This document shows, one piece after another, positions 25,101 through 39,000 of a stretch of 64,000 bases of DNA. Origin of the DNA: Aplysia californica (Eukaryota). The stretch lies in NCBI RefSeq assembly GCF_000002075.1, contig NW_004797508.1:25681-89680 (forward strand), given 5' to 3'. The translations under genes and the position numbers were made by a program. The number at the start of each line of letters is the position of its first letter. The first letter of the stretch is position 1. The notes below the pieces were generated by a model, which saw only the letters and a program-made list of their open reading frames with translations, had not been told where the DNA came from and made no database searches.

Positions 25101-28100
25101 GAGACAGAGAGAGAGGGAGAAAGAAAGGGGGGAGGGAAAGGATCATGATTCAAACTATGTTCTTTTTATTATTATAAAACTTTAAGGAAATGAGCTACAA
25201 TTTATTATTGTTATTATTATCTCCCTCTCCCTCCCAACCCTCCTAAGATGAACCACAATTCCAAAATTCTAAGTAAAACAACATCATCAATGACACGATG
25301 ACCAAGCAGTCTTTGCCACTCTCGCTCCCTCCCTTTCTCTTAATCCTTACCTGAAGCCGTCCATTTCTTTACGACTGTCACAGAAAGGTGTGTAGCCGTA
25401 TGGGGCACCTCCAAGGTCAAGATCATGCAGCTCTTGCAAGTCTGCTCTCACAATCTGGTACCGACAAAGAAGAAAGTTAGAAAGGGGGAAGGGGAAGAGG
25501 GGAACTGACCTGCTACAAAGGGCTGCCAAATTTCTACTTGAAGCTGGCCTCTACATGTAAAGGTTTAAAAAGTGGCATCTGTGGTCTAGCACTGAAAGCT
25601 AGAAATAAAAATTGTAAGTCGTCAACAGATGTTGCCACACATGATTTGACATTTCTTAGAATACATAATTTTTCACTGGATGCCTTTTTTCACTTGCTCT
25701 TTTTCTCTTTGATCAGTTTTCCTCCCCATTTCTTTTCACTATCAGTGTCATACGAAAAATCCTCACCTGATCTGCATCAACAAAAATGATTTTCTTCACA
25801 TCCAATGGGAACAGTACGTCAAGGAACAAAATCTTGTAGCTGAAAGTAAAAAAAGCAACAATGTAAAATACGATACTAATAACTGGCAGTGCAGAACAAT
25901 AGAAGATTACCAAAATTGTCAAAGATTTAAAGAGTCGATATTAAAACAATCATTAGTTTAGTTTCAGTAAGAGTTTTACAGCACTAACAACACAATAAGG
26001 TCATATAAGTGCCGAAGAATAGATGTTACAAGAGAATAACATACACAAAAAAGAAGGAGGGGAGATAAGGACGATAGGTGTTTGATAGGAAAGAAGGAGC
26101 AAACCACACCAGAGCACCCGCAAACCACCCACTAAAACAATCTAAAGAACTCAAAACATACAAATGCTAAATATAAAAAAAGCACATGAACAAAATAACA
26201 CTGAAAATAAAGATCAGCTAAATAAAATTAAATACACTCAGACAAGCATCTGTGGTGTTGCTGTTAGCTGCTTCAGTCATGCACAGAAAACATGAATTTG
26301 ATTCCAAAGTGGGAAGAATTTTTTAATGAGTATCTCTGTCTGTCAGCTAGAACTTTGTAGCCCTCTTAGCCTGGGATGGCCTTGACAGGGAGAGTCAACG
26401 CCTACTTCCTAAAAAGAAAAGTTGTGTCGATGAAGGTGCTATGCCTCTATAATTAAATTTTATAGACTCTTAATGTCAGTATACTCAGTTTTCACATTGT
26501 CTAAAATACTTGTTACAAATACATAAATGTACTTCATTATGTGCTTCCTCCACCCCCCATCACCTCTTACTCATCTCCTAGTGAAGACTGAAGAACCAAC
26601 ATCCCAGAGACACACTCCATGCCCCTCTCCCTAATCCATCCACTCCACAGGCTGAAAAACATTTCTAATGTTCCATCACTCTTAACCTCCACCCCCCCCC
26701 CTCCCCAACCCAGCTTTTAATAAAATAATTGCCCAGTGTGAGACTCTTTCAAGCTTATGGCAATCTTACACTAAGCAGTTAAAATATACATAAACACACA
26801 AACTTCTCACAATCCCTATCACTGAACCTCACAAACAACCGCCTTCCTGTAACACATTCAAATAGACAAACACACATACACATAAACACACACACACAAA
26901 CCCTCCCCCCCATCCCATCCCACCATACTCACCCCCAGATAATCCTCTGTTTCTCCTTCTGCTGGTTGAGCCAGCGTGGCCACTTGTACTGCACCAACTC
27001 GTACTCGAACCCGTACTCCTGAGCCATGTACGGGATGAAGTCCTGACACACAGACAAAACGCACACATTAGTGGTTAAGCTAAAATGATCATCAAGAAGG
27101 AGCACTAATAACCACATGTCTGTTAAAGATTATCTGTACTAGTGTGATGTTGTGCATTATGTGACTTTGATGAACTATTTATGCATGCTTGTAAGATTTT
27201 CGGTACCAGAGCGATATTGTGTGTTATGTGATATCGATGAATTATTGTGTGCTTGTTTGTAAGATTGTTTGAGTAAGTGGGAAACTGTGCATTATGTGAT
27301 GTTGATAAATTATAATAAGTATGCAGATATTGTGTATTATATGATGTTGATTGATTATAATAAGTTTGTATGTGTATACTGTTCTTGACATTGTAACAAA
27401 ACAAACCTCCCTACAGGAATCAAGAAAAGATTATAAATCTTTATTCAAATTTCTCTGTCAGTCAAAGAGAGGATGTCTTCATGTAAAGTAACAAGGCTGA
27501 CACTCAAAGAATTCATCTAGACCATGAGATAGAGAGGAAAAGAGTGACAATGATGCCATTGCTGCTAAAAGTCAGCGCCAACATTTAGAAAAGACATTAA
27601 AGCCAGGGAAATGATCGCCCTTAATAAATAAATTTATAAGCAAGAAGATCAATTAGAATAAAAACATTTTATATATCCCACATTAGAAATTAACNNNNNN
27701 NNNNNNNNNNNNNNNNNNNNNNNNNNNNNNNNNNNNNNNNNNNNNNNNNNNNNNNNNNNNNNNNNNNNNNNNNNNNNNNNNNNNNNNNNNNNNNNNNNNN
27801 NNNNNNNNNNNNNNNNNNNNNNNNNNNNNNNNNNNNNNNNNNNNNNNNNNNNNNNNNNNNNNNNNNNNNNNNNNNNNNNNNNNNNNNNNNNNNNNNNNNN
27901 NNNNNNNNNNNNNNNNNNNNNNNNNNNNNNNNNAGTAACTAGTAGGGTAGACAGTAAACTCACCTTAAACGAGGGTGACAGGTAATTCTTCAGGAACCAA
28001 AACTTCACTTTCGACTGCGTGTTTTTGAGAACACTCAGCATCATGATCCTGGCGAGGAGAAGACACAGATTGATTGTAAAAAGACTGACTGATTGATTTA

Positions 28101-31100
28101 TTGTAAATGTTTTACGGCCCTGTAGACACAACTTAGATCCTTTCGAAGGCGAGGTGCTTTGACCCTGCCTGTCAGAGCTAACTCAGGCAGAGTGAAATAA
28201 TACAGCATCCTAGCAGGCAAACAGATACTCAACAAAATAACTTCCCCACATAGTAATCGAAATTCTAGTTGCACCAGCAAAAAAAACAAAAAAAAACAAC
28301 CATGACACCAAAGATGCTGGGGAAAACAATGTACTTTTCAACAATGTATCACAGTGCACTATAAGAGCACCAAAACTCTATAACAATTTTCCTCTCTTTT
28401 CTCTGTCAGTAATTTACCCAGTCAACTTAAGGAATAGAATTCTATTTCTGTCTGCATATCAATACATCTAGTAGAACACCAATAATTCTTTCCTCTGAAG
28501 TGTATTCGGAAAAACTAAGCGTCAAAAATACACTGAAAAACTTAAAGATTTCACTATTTCAAAAGCAAACATTCATATTTTTTATCTCCCCCCCCCCCCC
28601 CCCCCAAACTTTCCTCTTGCTGAAAGCAAACATAAAAAGATTAAATACATTTCTTCCTCATGACCTAATACATAAATAATATCCTTAAGCTGCTGGTTTT
28701 AAGAAATCCATACTTGTAAACACCAACATGGTTGTCCCAACATACCTGAGAAATCTTTCATACAGATGTCCTGAAGCAACGGAGAAAATATTGAGAGTGG
28801 TATCCTTCTCTTCTTCTTTGTTCCCGCTTCCCGTCAACGTGCTGCTCAAAAGAGATCAGACATCCCATTGTTATTCAACTAAGAAAAAAAAAGGTTTCAA
28901 AGCACTCACGCATGCACACACACAACACATAAACAAACATATAACAAAACTCTCTAAAAGAAAGACATACAACACACACACACATACACAGAGAAACACA
29001 CATGTACACCCACACACACACACATACATACGCGCGTGCGTTCGCACGTGCACAACACACACACACACGCACACACACACACAAACACACCTGGAGATAG
29101 AATCCCATAGACCGGCACCTTCATCACCGTCATCACTCAACAAGCTCTTGTCCATTTTGTCTGGCTTCTTCGCCACCTGAAGGACAAAACACAAACAAAT
29201 AACTGTTGGGAAACTTGGGAAACTTGGGAACCAAGACCAAGATCTATCTATCACAGTGATTCCCATCTTATTAAAATCCACTGTGTAAAGAGAGTGAGCC
29301 AAAGAGTGCAGGGAAAAGCATTAAACATTATGTGTCAAAAAAATAATAATAATAATAATTGCATTTATATAGCGCATATCCATGCTCAAGAGCTTGCTCT
29401 ATGCGCTTTACAACTATTATTACCCCAGCAGACCCTCTGAGAAGACTCAGAAACATTCTCAGCTTCCGCGGAAGCATACACGGTGGAATCAGGCACTTGT
29501 CCCATTTTGGGCATATGGACTTACAGGGAATCGTCTTACAAAGCCTATTCATTTGCCTAGCTTATGATGAATATGCTGAAAAAAATATTCATCTATCTTG
29601 AACAGAAGTTAAGATACTTGCGTTTGAAGAAGTGAGGGGAACGCCTGGTTTCACAAGTAAGATTAATGAGAAAATGGCCACCAAAGTTTGGTGATTTCCA
29701 AAGCTTGAGTGTTCTTGGGAACTGCAAATTTACATTATTTGTGCCTTTGATCAACATTTTTCAATAAAATCCACATAGAAATATGTTTTTAAATTAATAT
29801 AAAAGGTGTTGAGCCCAAAATAAAAAATGAGATAAAAATTGCCTAATGAGTGGAAAAATGTTTCTAGAGAAGGAAGAGGAAGAGGGTGGAGGAGAGGGAG
29901 AGATGGAAGAAGAGAAAAAGACCACAAAGCAGCTGAAACAAACAGTCCAGGCCACCAGTGTAAAAGACTTTTCTCACCTTGACTCGGATAATCTTGCTCT
30001 TGAAACTGTTAATCGCGACGAACACTTGTGAGGAATTCAAGGGTGAATCAGTATTTTCATGACTGTTGGGGGAAAAAAGGGTGGGGGGGGGAGGAATAAA
30101 GGAATTAGTAAACTATCAAATAAGTTGAAAACTAAGAACAAATTTTAAAATCCTTTAATGTTTTTTGTGGACTAGACTGCTTTCCAAGAAGGCTTCTACC
30201 TTTGTAGGGATTTTAATAATTTTTATAAATTAAGAAATTAAAACTATATTCTTCAACATAAAATCCGAGATAATAATCATGGCTCCAAAACAAAGAGTAA
30301 AAAGTGATAGTAATCTCTAGCCAATGACATCTCATTGTTAGATGAAATATAAAAGAAAGAAAAAAAAATCAATATATGGCAAACAAAAAAGACTCTCCAA
30401 AAACAAAAGGTATTTTATATTCAACATCATCAGCGTTATTGCCATGGATAAAATCTGGACTTCCGTCTTAAATGACAAACAGTTTTTCCTTCCTGAGATT
30501 ATTTTAGAATGCTATCAGGTCTGTTAGGGTAATAGTATAGATTGCAAAGCATCTACAAATGCGATAAATTAATTTCTAATTTAAAAAACAATTTTTTTTT
30601 GGGGGGGGGGGTTTTGGGGGGGGGGGTTATTCAGTAGGGTTTGCTTGTCAACATGACACAGATTACAATGACCAGAAACATATCACAATCTCACAAACAC
30701 AAATCAGATCATTCAGGAGACCGGCCTCTTGACCCGTGAGTTTGGGCAAACCCGAGTCAGATACTACATCCCATCAAACAGCAGAAGTACCCAATAAAAT
30801 AAATGTCCCAACTAGGTAGTTGAACATGAGTCTTCCACATTCAAGGTGAAGAGAAAAAGCATGACAAAAAAATTGCAGCTTCAGCTGGAAGGAATACAAG
30901 GGCACTACATAATCACTTTCGCTTTAAACCAGTGCTTGTCAACATTTTTATAGCCAGCGCACACTTTTGCTACAAGAAATGTTTGTACCACCCACCTACA
31001 TTTATTTCCAAGCCAGGCATTAAACGATAATTGTCACTACGTGTGTGATCCCCTCCGTCTGCCAAAAATTACCAAATCTCCCACTAATGGACAATATTGC

Positions 31101-34100
31101 TCAGATTGGAAAGCACTGCTCTTAACAACCAATAAAAGTCACCTCTCTATATTGTAGATTTCCTTTGAGCGACCGTCTCTTAGATTCAGAGTCCACAAGC
31201 CTGGGTTTGCCTTCAGCTGGAAATAACCCTGCACAAACAGACAATAGGATGGCAAAATAAAGACAAAATTGTTCACGGCCTGGTATGGTAAGAACTTTAA
31301 TGCTTCTGGCAGGATAACAAATTTGTCCTTCATTTTTTTTTTTTACAACCGAGCAAAGCAGAATATTTACCTGAATAATTTTTAGACATTTTAATTTTAT
31401 AACCGGCTGAGACAAAAATTCATTGTTTAAAAAAAATCGCACTTCATTTGAATGGTGCTGCCCAAGTTCAAACAGCTATTTTTGTTTTAGTAAGTGTTTT
31501 ACAGCACTTGCAAAACAATAAGTTCACAAAGTGCCAAAAGCGCGCTCATATGACCTTATGCAGTTGCGAGCGCCGTAAAACCCTATACTACTACTACTAC
31601 TAAAGTGCCAAAGATTAGAGGTGTTACAAGAGGATAACAAACACAAAAAAGAAGGAGAGACACACAGACAGACACACGTACACATGTCTAAACCACTGAC
31701 CAGATTAGCCATGACAATGGTGTCCACCACAGACGGCGCATTATCTGTGCCCAGCACAAACTGTAGACCTCGCGGTGGCTGCATGGTGGTCGCATCAGAG
31801 CAATGGCCTGGAGGAAGGGGGAACAGGAAAACATGATGGCTTTAACAGATGTAAAAAAGAGAGAAAAGCATGAAATTACGTCAGATGAATGCGAAAGATT
31901 GAAAAAAAAAACACCAATATGTCAGACATAAGGAAAATAAGAGAGTAAATTAGTATGCCAGGTATAAAAAAAGAGGAAATAGATAGCATATGTATAGCGC
32001 AAATTCCCGCTCAGCAGCAAGCCTTTATTCTTTACAATCTATATTATTAAAACAGCAGACCAAATTCTATTCTGAAACAAATCTAAACTTTCTGGGTAGA
32101 ATACAGGGCAACAATATCCAGATATAAGGAAAAGGAAAGGACAGCAATAGGTCAAACAAAAGGAAAACAGGAAAGCCAAAGAACACTCTGCACTGTAGCG
32201 TAAAAGTACAGATTAGGACAGGGATGGATAAACTACAGCCCACTGGACAAATGCAGCCTTTCATATAGTTTTGAGCAGCTCACGAAAGCATTCAACATAA
32301 TTTTTTTAATGGAAATTTAATGGAAATTAAAAATATTCACAAAAATTGTCCCATTTGTAAAAATACTTTCGCCAATAAAGTTTTTGTGGTGAAAGAAATT
32401 CAAAGGAAAATTTATTTGCAGAATATTTTAAACTTTCACCGATTTATTATAGTAATACAGTTTATATTTTGAATTTTATAAAAAGGCACCCAACGCACTA
32501 TGTCCAGTTGTAATAGCTATTTTTTTTGCTGTTTATAGCCCAGTCAAATTTGCCCACGATCTTAAAAGTTTGCCCACCCCATTCCTGACGACAGATAGAG
32601 GTGTTTATTGCAAGCCTCTGCTCAAAGAGGAGCCAAAGGCAGAAGTATTGCGACAGATTTGGTGTGCTAATTTTACTGCCCTCCATAAAAAAACTACGAG
32701 TCCGTCAACGATAATTTCTAACTTTTCATACAAAACAGAGAAACATCTAAAGACATACATTTTCTACAATATGAAATCTAACCAACTCTACACAACATGG
32801 ACTCAACTTCTCTCGGCTGGCCAAATCGTAAGAATGCATGTTTTCAGAATTTCAAAGGTAGTATTTCATTCTGAACTGTCCTAAGTTTTAAGTAAAGCAA
32901 TAAATTGGTGCACCAAAAAAGTGCTATAAAGACATCCTGAAAATGTCTTTGAAGGACTTCAACATTAATCCCCAGACAATGGAGAGCCTAGCTCCTGACA
33001 GACCCAGCTACAAAGCAGCAATTACAGAGGATGACAAGTCATATGAGGCTTCACAAACTGGAAATGACGAAGCCAAGAGAGAAGCCTAAAAGCTGCGCAC
33101 ATCTAAAAGAGGAAATAAAGCTTTTAAATGCTCAAAATGTGGCAAGCTCTTTTCTACCAGAAAGGGTGTCATTGGCCATAGCAGAAGCCACAAATCATCT
33201 CAATCCTTATGTCTTCTGTTTCTCTTTTAAAAAATATTCTCTTCTACAGGTGCATAGGCCATCCTCACACACGAATGATTGAACTGTCACTTCATTGTAA
33301 CTCAATAATGGGAAAAAAACAAAATTCCACAACCACTAGACAAACAACAGGAACAACAACAAATTTGACAGAAAACGATAAGTAAAAACAACGACAGAAT
33401 GAAAAAGACAAAAACGTCCCTTTTGGAAAAGCTTTCTGACATCTCTCCATCCCTCATTTTCCTCTGCTTCACCTATCTCTACTCCCCCCCAAAAAAAAAT
33501 CATTAAAAAATCAGAGATCAGGTTAAAAGTGCAATATGAATGAACCAAAATTCAGTGATTAAGTAATACCTAGAAAGTTCCATACCTTCCATTAAGATGT
33601 ACTCCAATTCAAAGTCCGCACTGACACTCTTCTCAACCTGGACAGAAGAAAAATGAATGGAAAACATTAGCAACAGTACACTGTAGATGAAAAATACCAA
33701 CACAGGGAAATAAAAAATGTAAGATAAATTAAATTTAAGCAATCTTAGATAAAGTAAACTAAAAACTTAAGCAAAGTTACAAAAAATGTTACCTCAACGA
33801 TCACATTAAACAAATTATACATTCCAGTAAAATCAGTTTCATTATGCTGTGACAAATGCAATATATTTTAAAAATTGAAGGAATAAATCACTGCTTTATT
33901 TGCCGTTATAAAAAATGCCACTTCCTTAATGATCTAAATCCTGTCAAAGAAAGCATAAAACAATTGCAACCAATCCTCTTCATCCATGATCATGCAAATA
34001 TCACAGAACGTATTGCATTTAGCATCCTTGTGGAGCCGTTAGATCAGTTTGTATCACGTTGGATTATGGCGCAAAGCACTTTGGTTCAAATTCGATTACC

Positions 34101-36009
34101 ATCATAGTTACCCGGTCATGCGACACTCACTTCTTCCAGGAGAATGTTGTCCAGGTCATATGGGGAAGTGACCGCTCCCACCATCCAGCTCTCTGGGGTG
34201 TCCATACTGAGGGTCAACAAAGACTTCTGCGGTAGGTCAAGGAACCGCGCCGACGGGCCCTTAGACAGTGAACCTTGACCGTCGAAGGTGATCTCGGGCT
34301 CCAGAACAAACCGATAAAAGCTGAACAGAGGAAAATAATGAGTTTGAGTAAATAAAATGTCAGTACTTTAATCCAAACAGCACCAACAGGCCTTTACATA
34401 GCAAGACTTGGCTGTGCAAGGTGCTCTTCAGCTCCAAGACAAACAGGTAAAAGCTGTGAGAAGGAAAGAATACTTGCGATAAGTTTGAATAAAGAGTAGC
34501 ACATCGACAAGAGATAGGTTGTTTAGTGTAGGGAAAAAGCAAGATAGATGAAAACAGCAAAGAGAAATAAAATAGAACCCACTTTTTGAAAAGAAGGAAA
34601 CAAAATATAACACTTTTATTCATTGCCTAGGGGAAATTTGAGTAAAAACAGCACATGCAGTGAATACAGAAAATAATTCAGAGGATTCTCAATGCTATTG
34701 TCACAGAAATCACAATATTACATGAATACAGATATTTAAAAAACTAGCAGTTGTGCACCCCAAACCTGAACAAAATCAGTCAGTGAAGATCTGCAGAGTA
34801 CTGACAGCGAGATTTAACAGTCAAAGAACAAATCAGACAAAAACTGGGAGATCAAGTTGAATTTTATTGCACTGACTATCCATCCCAGGTAACACAATCA
34901 ACTTCAAGCAATAACATCTTAAGTCTCTGATTGACTGACTGTAACTATTGTAAACTGTTTATGCCCTCATCAATATAACTTACATCGGTTAAGAGGCAGA
35001 CTGCTCTGACTCTGCCTGTAAAAGCCTACCTCGGTTGAGAGAGATACAGCATCCCAGCAGACCGGCAGACTCTCTTAGTAATATAACTTTCCCACATGGG
35101 AATCAAACTTGTGTCCTCTACATATATAATGGTGAAGGACCACACCCTTAAACCACAGACACCATAAATCTTTAGGTAAAACATATACTCCCAATAATTT
35201 GAAAAAACAACTAACTTTTTGAGTGGCATCTCTGACAGCTTCTCTCTAGGGTTCAGGTAGATCCTGATGTCCACATTGGCAATTTGTTGTAGAACCTGCC
35301 AGAAAACAAAGGAGAAGATAGAAGAACATCTCAAATAACTTCACCGATTAAAAGAATTCAGGCTTACAAATCAAAGAATGGAGTGCAAGGACACGACAAT
35401 GGTGAAAGCTCTTCAGACAAAATGAAGAAAACAATCAGGAATCAAGACAAATTTTAAAGATTATGATTCTCTTATTTTTGTTTTTTCTAGGAAAGTATGA
35501 TGATATTTCTCAAGATTGCTGATCAAATAGGATGTTACAACTTTTATTTTGTTTTAAATTGATTGGACATTTCATTCATGGCACTAGGAGCTTGAAAAAT
35601 AGGCAGACCTCTTTTTCCATCAGATTTTAGAGATTCACATCTCGGGTAACAATGTCATTTTTGAAAGGAGATTAATGGATCAGAATGTTTCTTTATTTTT
35701 TATGCCTGAAGACATGAGAACTTGTGATGACTGCTCTTCTGAGTTAGAGGGGTTTCCAGTTATGCCAGACCGTTGTAAATGTGACAGACAGAAAGTGGTT
35801 TTAATAATAATACTTTACTTTTACCAGAGACAATACTGCTGCAACTATAAGGATAGCAAGTCTTACCATGAGAATAGGGGTCATCTTCTGTGCCTCTCTG
35901 GACACTGGGTCCAAAATGGCCTCCACTGTGAATGCTGGGATGCTGCTGTCTGCAGGAATCTTCACCACACTGGGTTATATAGGATAACATAGTTTTAACA
36001 ATAATAATA

Positions 36010-36049
<40 letters not shown>

Positions 36050-39000
36050 TGTTGTTGTTGTAATGATAATAATAATAGTATTATCATTATTATTGTGTTG
36101 TTATTATTTTATTTATAAAAGTCCACCGGCAAGGGAGCTCGTTGCCAATGCCTGTACTGTTCATTTCTTGCAAGATCATGGTGAGAATAGTGAATATTGG
36201 CGAGTTATGACTACTTCTAAGAGGCATGTTTTATAGCTCTTGATGGCTCCACTTATCTCCCTGTCTCGTAATGATCAATTTCAAAGTATTGCTGTATTTA
36301 CCAATTCTTTTATTGAATATATCATTGGTGTTGCAAGCATTAAGTCTGTTTGAGTGACAAAAAAACCTAGTTTTTTGTGTTGTTCCTATCAGGAATCACG
36401 AAAAGCAAGGAAGCTGTAAGTCTTGACCCTAGCTTTAAACTGCATTTTGGTGAAGTTGAAAGATGCATCTTTGATGGAGCTTTGGGAGGGTGTAAAAATA
36501 CCCCAAAAATCTTTGATATTTGGGACTTGTGTGGATTGCCTGCGACAGTGACGAATTGCTCTTAATTTTAGGACGGGATTAGAGAAAACGAGAGAAAACC
36601 CACAATCCGTGGAAATCACATGGCATTCGAATGCGTCTGCAAAACTTCGAATATCTGTGAAAGACGAATAAAATCGGGGATTTTGAAAAGTAGAGTCGAA
36701 TGGGCGCGGCTCTGTTCAGATTCTAAGCAGGGAAAACGATACACACAAACTATGTGGTTAAACTTTAAACAGCAGACTGTACGTCGGCGGGGCTGCTGTG
36801 GACGTGTTTAATCATCTTCACATTCAGCCCAGATATTCAGCAGGATAAGTTTTTGTGGATGTCGATCAGGACGTAGAGGTGGCTTGACCAGCGGTCAGTC
36901 TACCATGAGGCAAAGGTGCCGTCACTATCTAGGGGAACCAGGTAAGAGGGTAGGGTGTATCTTGTGCCAGCTCGTGAAATGTTAGATAAGAAACAGTACA
37001 AACTGCTGCGATTAGCCGAGTGTATTTGTTTTGAACAAGAAAGCGTTCCGGTCAAATGAAGTTCAGTCTACACTAAGAGTATTGTAGGCCTGTAGACAAT
37101 ACTTTGTTTAGGTAAGAATTTTCCGGCACTTGCAACACAATACGGTCATATTATAAATGACGAAGATTAGAGGTTTTACAAGAAAGTACCAAACAAACAA
37201 ACAAAAAAACAAACAAACAAACAAATTAACAAAAATAAATGGGAGGAGAGATAAGGGTGAAAAATGTTTGATAAAAAAGTAGGAACTAACCACACCAGAC
37301 ACCATCAACCAGCCCCAAGCGAGGTGGAGGGTGGTGGAGGATACTTCTTTGACACGTTTTCTTAACCATAATTAGCTTAGTGCAAAGAAGTTTTTCATCC
37401 ATTCTTACGTAATTATTGTGAAGTAAAGTATCAATAGCACCAGCCTGCTTTATTGATCTCGAATTAATCGTTAGACTTAAACAAAAAGACGTGTATCTGA
37501 AAGTTATGGATTTTCTTGAAATAATCATTGTTTAGCTTGCTCTCCGTTGGACGAAATAATACCCGATCTGGAACTGCTTTGTTTTTTCGCCCCTGAAAGT
37601 GCCAGACCTACCCGTCAATTTGAATGTCAGTTTGAAGCAATTCACGCTGTGAGTTTTGATGATGTGCATTGTTTATTTTGAATCAATAGAAGTACATGTC
37701 AGAAATACTCCTGCAGAAAAGATATTCTCAAAATAAAACAGGAGAAGGCGTAGGATCAAACTACTTAATGATTGTGGAGCCCTTCTTGTGATCTTTGTAA
37801 GTTTGAATACTGGCAGAACTCGCTCTTATAATCCAGAAACAGTCTCATTCTTAGATTCTATAGAAATACTTTTATCACTATAAAAGATAACATGTTCGGC
37901 TTAATGACGGTGGACCCCTTCTTGTGCTATTTGTAAGCTTGAACACTGTTAAAACTCGCTCTCAGTTCGCTCGACAGAATTGATTGGTTGTCTATTTTAA
38001 ACCAGAAAGAGTCTCATTCTTTGAGTCTCTAGAAACACTTCTGTCACGATAACTGGTATAATACTGCCAAACGATCGTGGACCCCTTTTAGTGCTCTTTG
38101 TAAGCTTGGGGATTCGTTAAAGTATCCTCAGAATTGATTAGATATATATTTTTAACCAGAAAGAGCCTCATTCTTAGATAGAAACACGTCTGTCACCATA
38201 AATGGTATCATACTGCCAAACGATTCATGAGAAGCTCTACTTGTGGGTTTGGTTTTTCTTGTTTTTCAGGGGGGGGGGGGGTTGGTAAGCTTGAATACTG
38301 TTAGAACTCGCTCTTGCTATCCTCAAAATTGATTGGTTGTCTGTTTTAGACTAGAAAGAGTCTCATTCTTAGATTCTATTGCAACACTTTTGTTACAAAA
38401 GGGTTATCATACGGCTAAAAGGTTATGGACATCTTCATGTGCTTTGTGTAAGTTTGAATACTTTTAAAATGTTAAAACTCGTTCTAACTTCCATCAAAAT
38501 TAATTGGTTGTCTGTTTTAGACCAGAATTAAAGCGCCTCATTCTTAGGTAGAAACACTTCTGTCTCTGTAAATGGTATCATATACTGCTAAATGATTACA
38601 AGTCCCTTCGTGTGCTTTTTGTAAACTTATTGCAAGTTCGAATACTGTCAGAACTTTCTCTAAGTACCCTCAGAATTAATTAGCCCGTACATGTTTTGAA
38701 CCAGAAAGAGCCTCATTCTTAAATAGAAACACTTTTGTCATTATAAAGGGTATCATGTAACTGCTAAACGATTATGGACCCCTGCTTGTGCTCTTTGTAA
38801 GTTTGAATATATTTAAAATGTTAAAACTCGCTATAAGTTCCTTCAGAATTGATTAGTTATCTATTACATGATATTTGGCAACTTAGAAACACATGTGTCA
38901 CTTTTCCCAAAAAACTACGACAGCTACAGAGTTGAAAGTCGGCTAGTACCTGCTATAAGATAGAGAGGTCCCCATGACGGAGCCCGATTTTTATTATTTA

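Noticed and set aside
36150-36560. Possible decayed LINE thumb region on the minus strand (…ISGAIKS…)
   Set aside because: It is too degenerate to call without a translated search.
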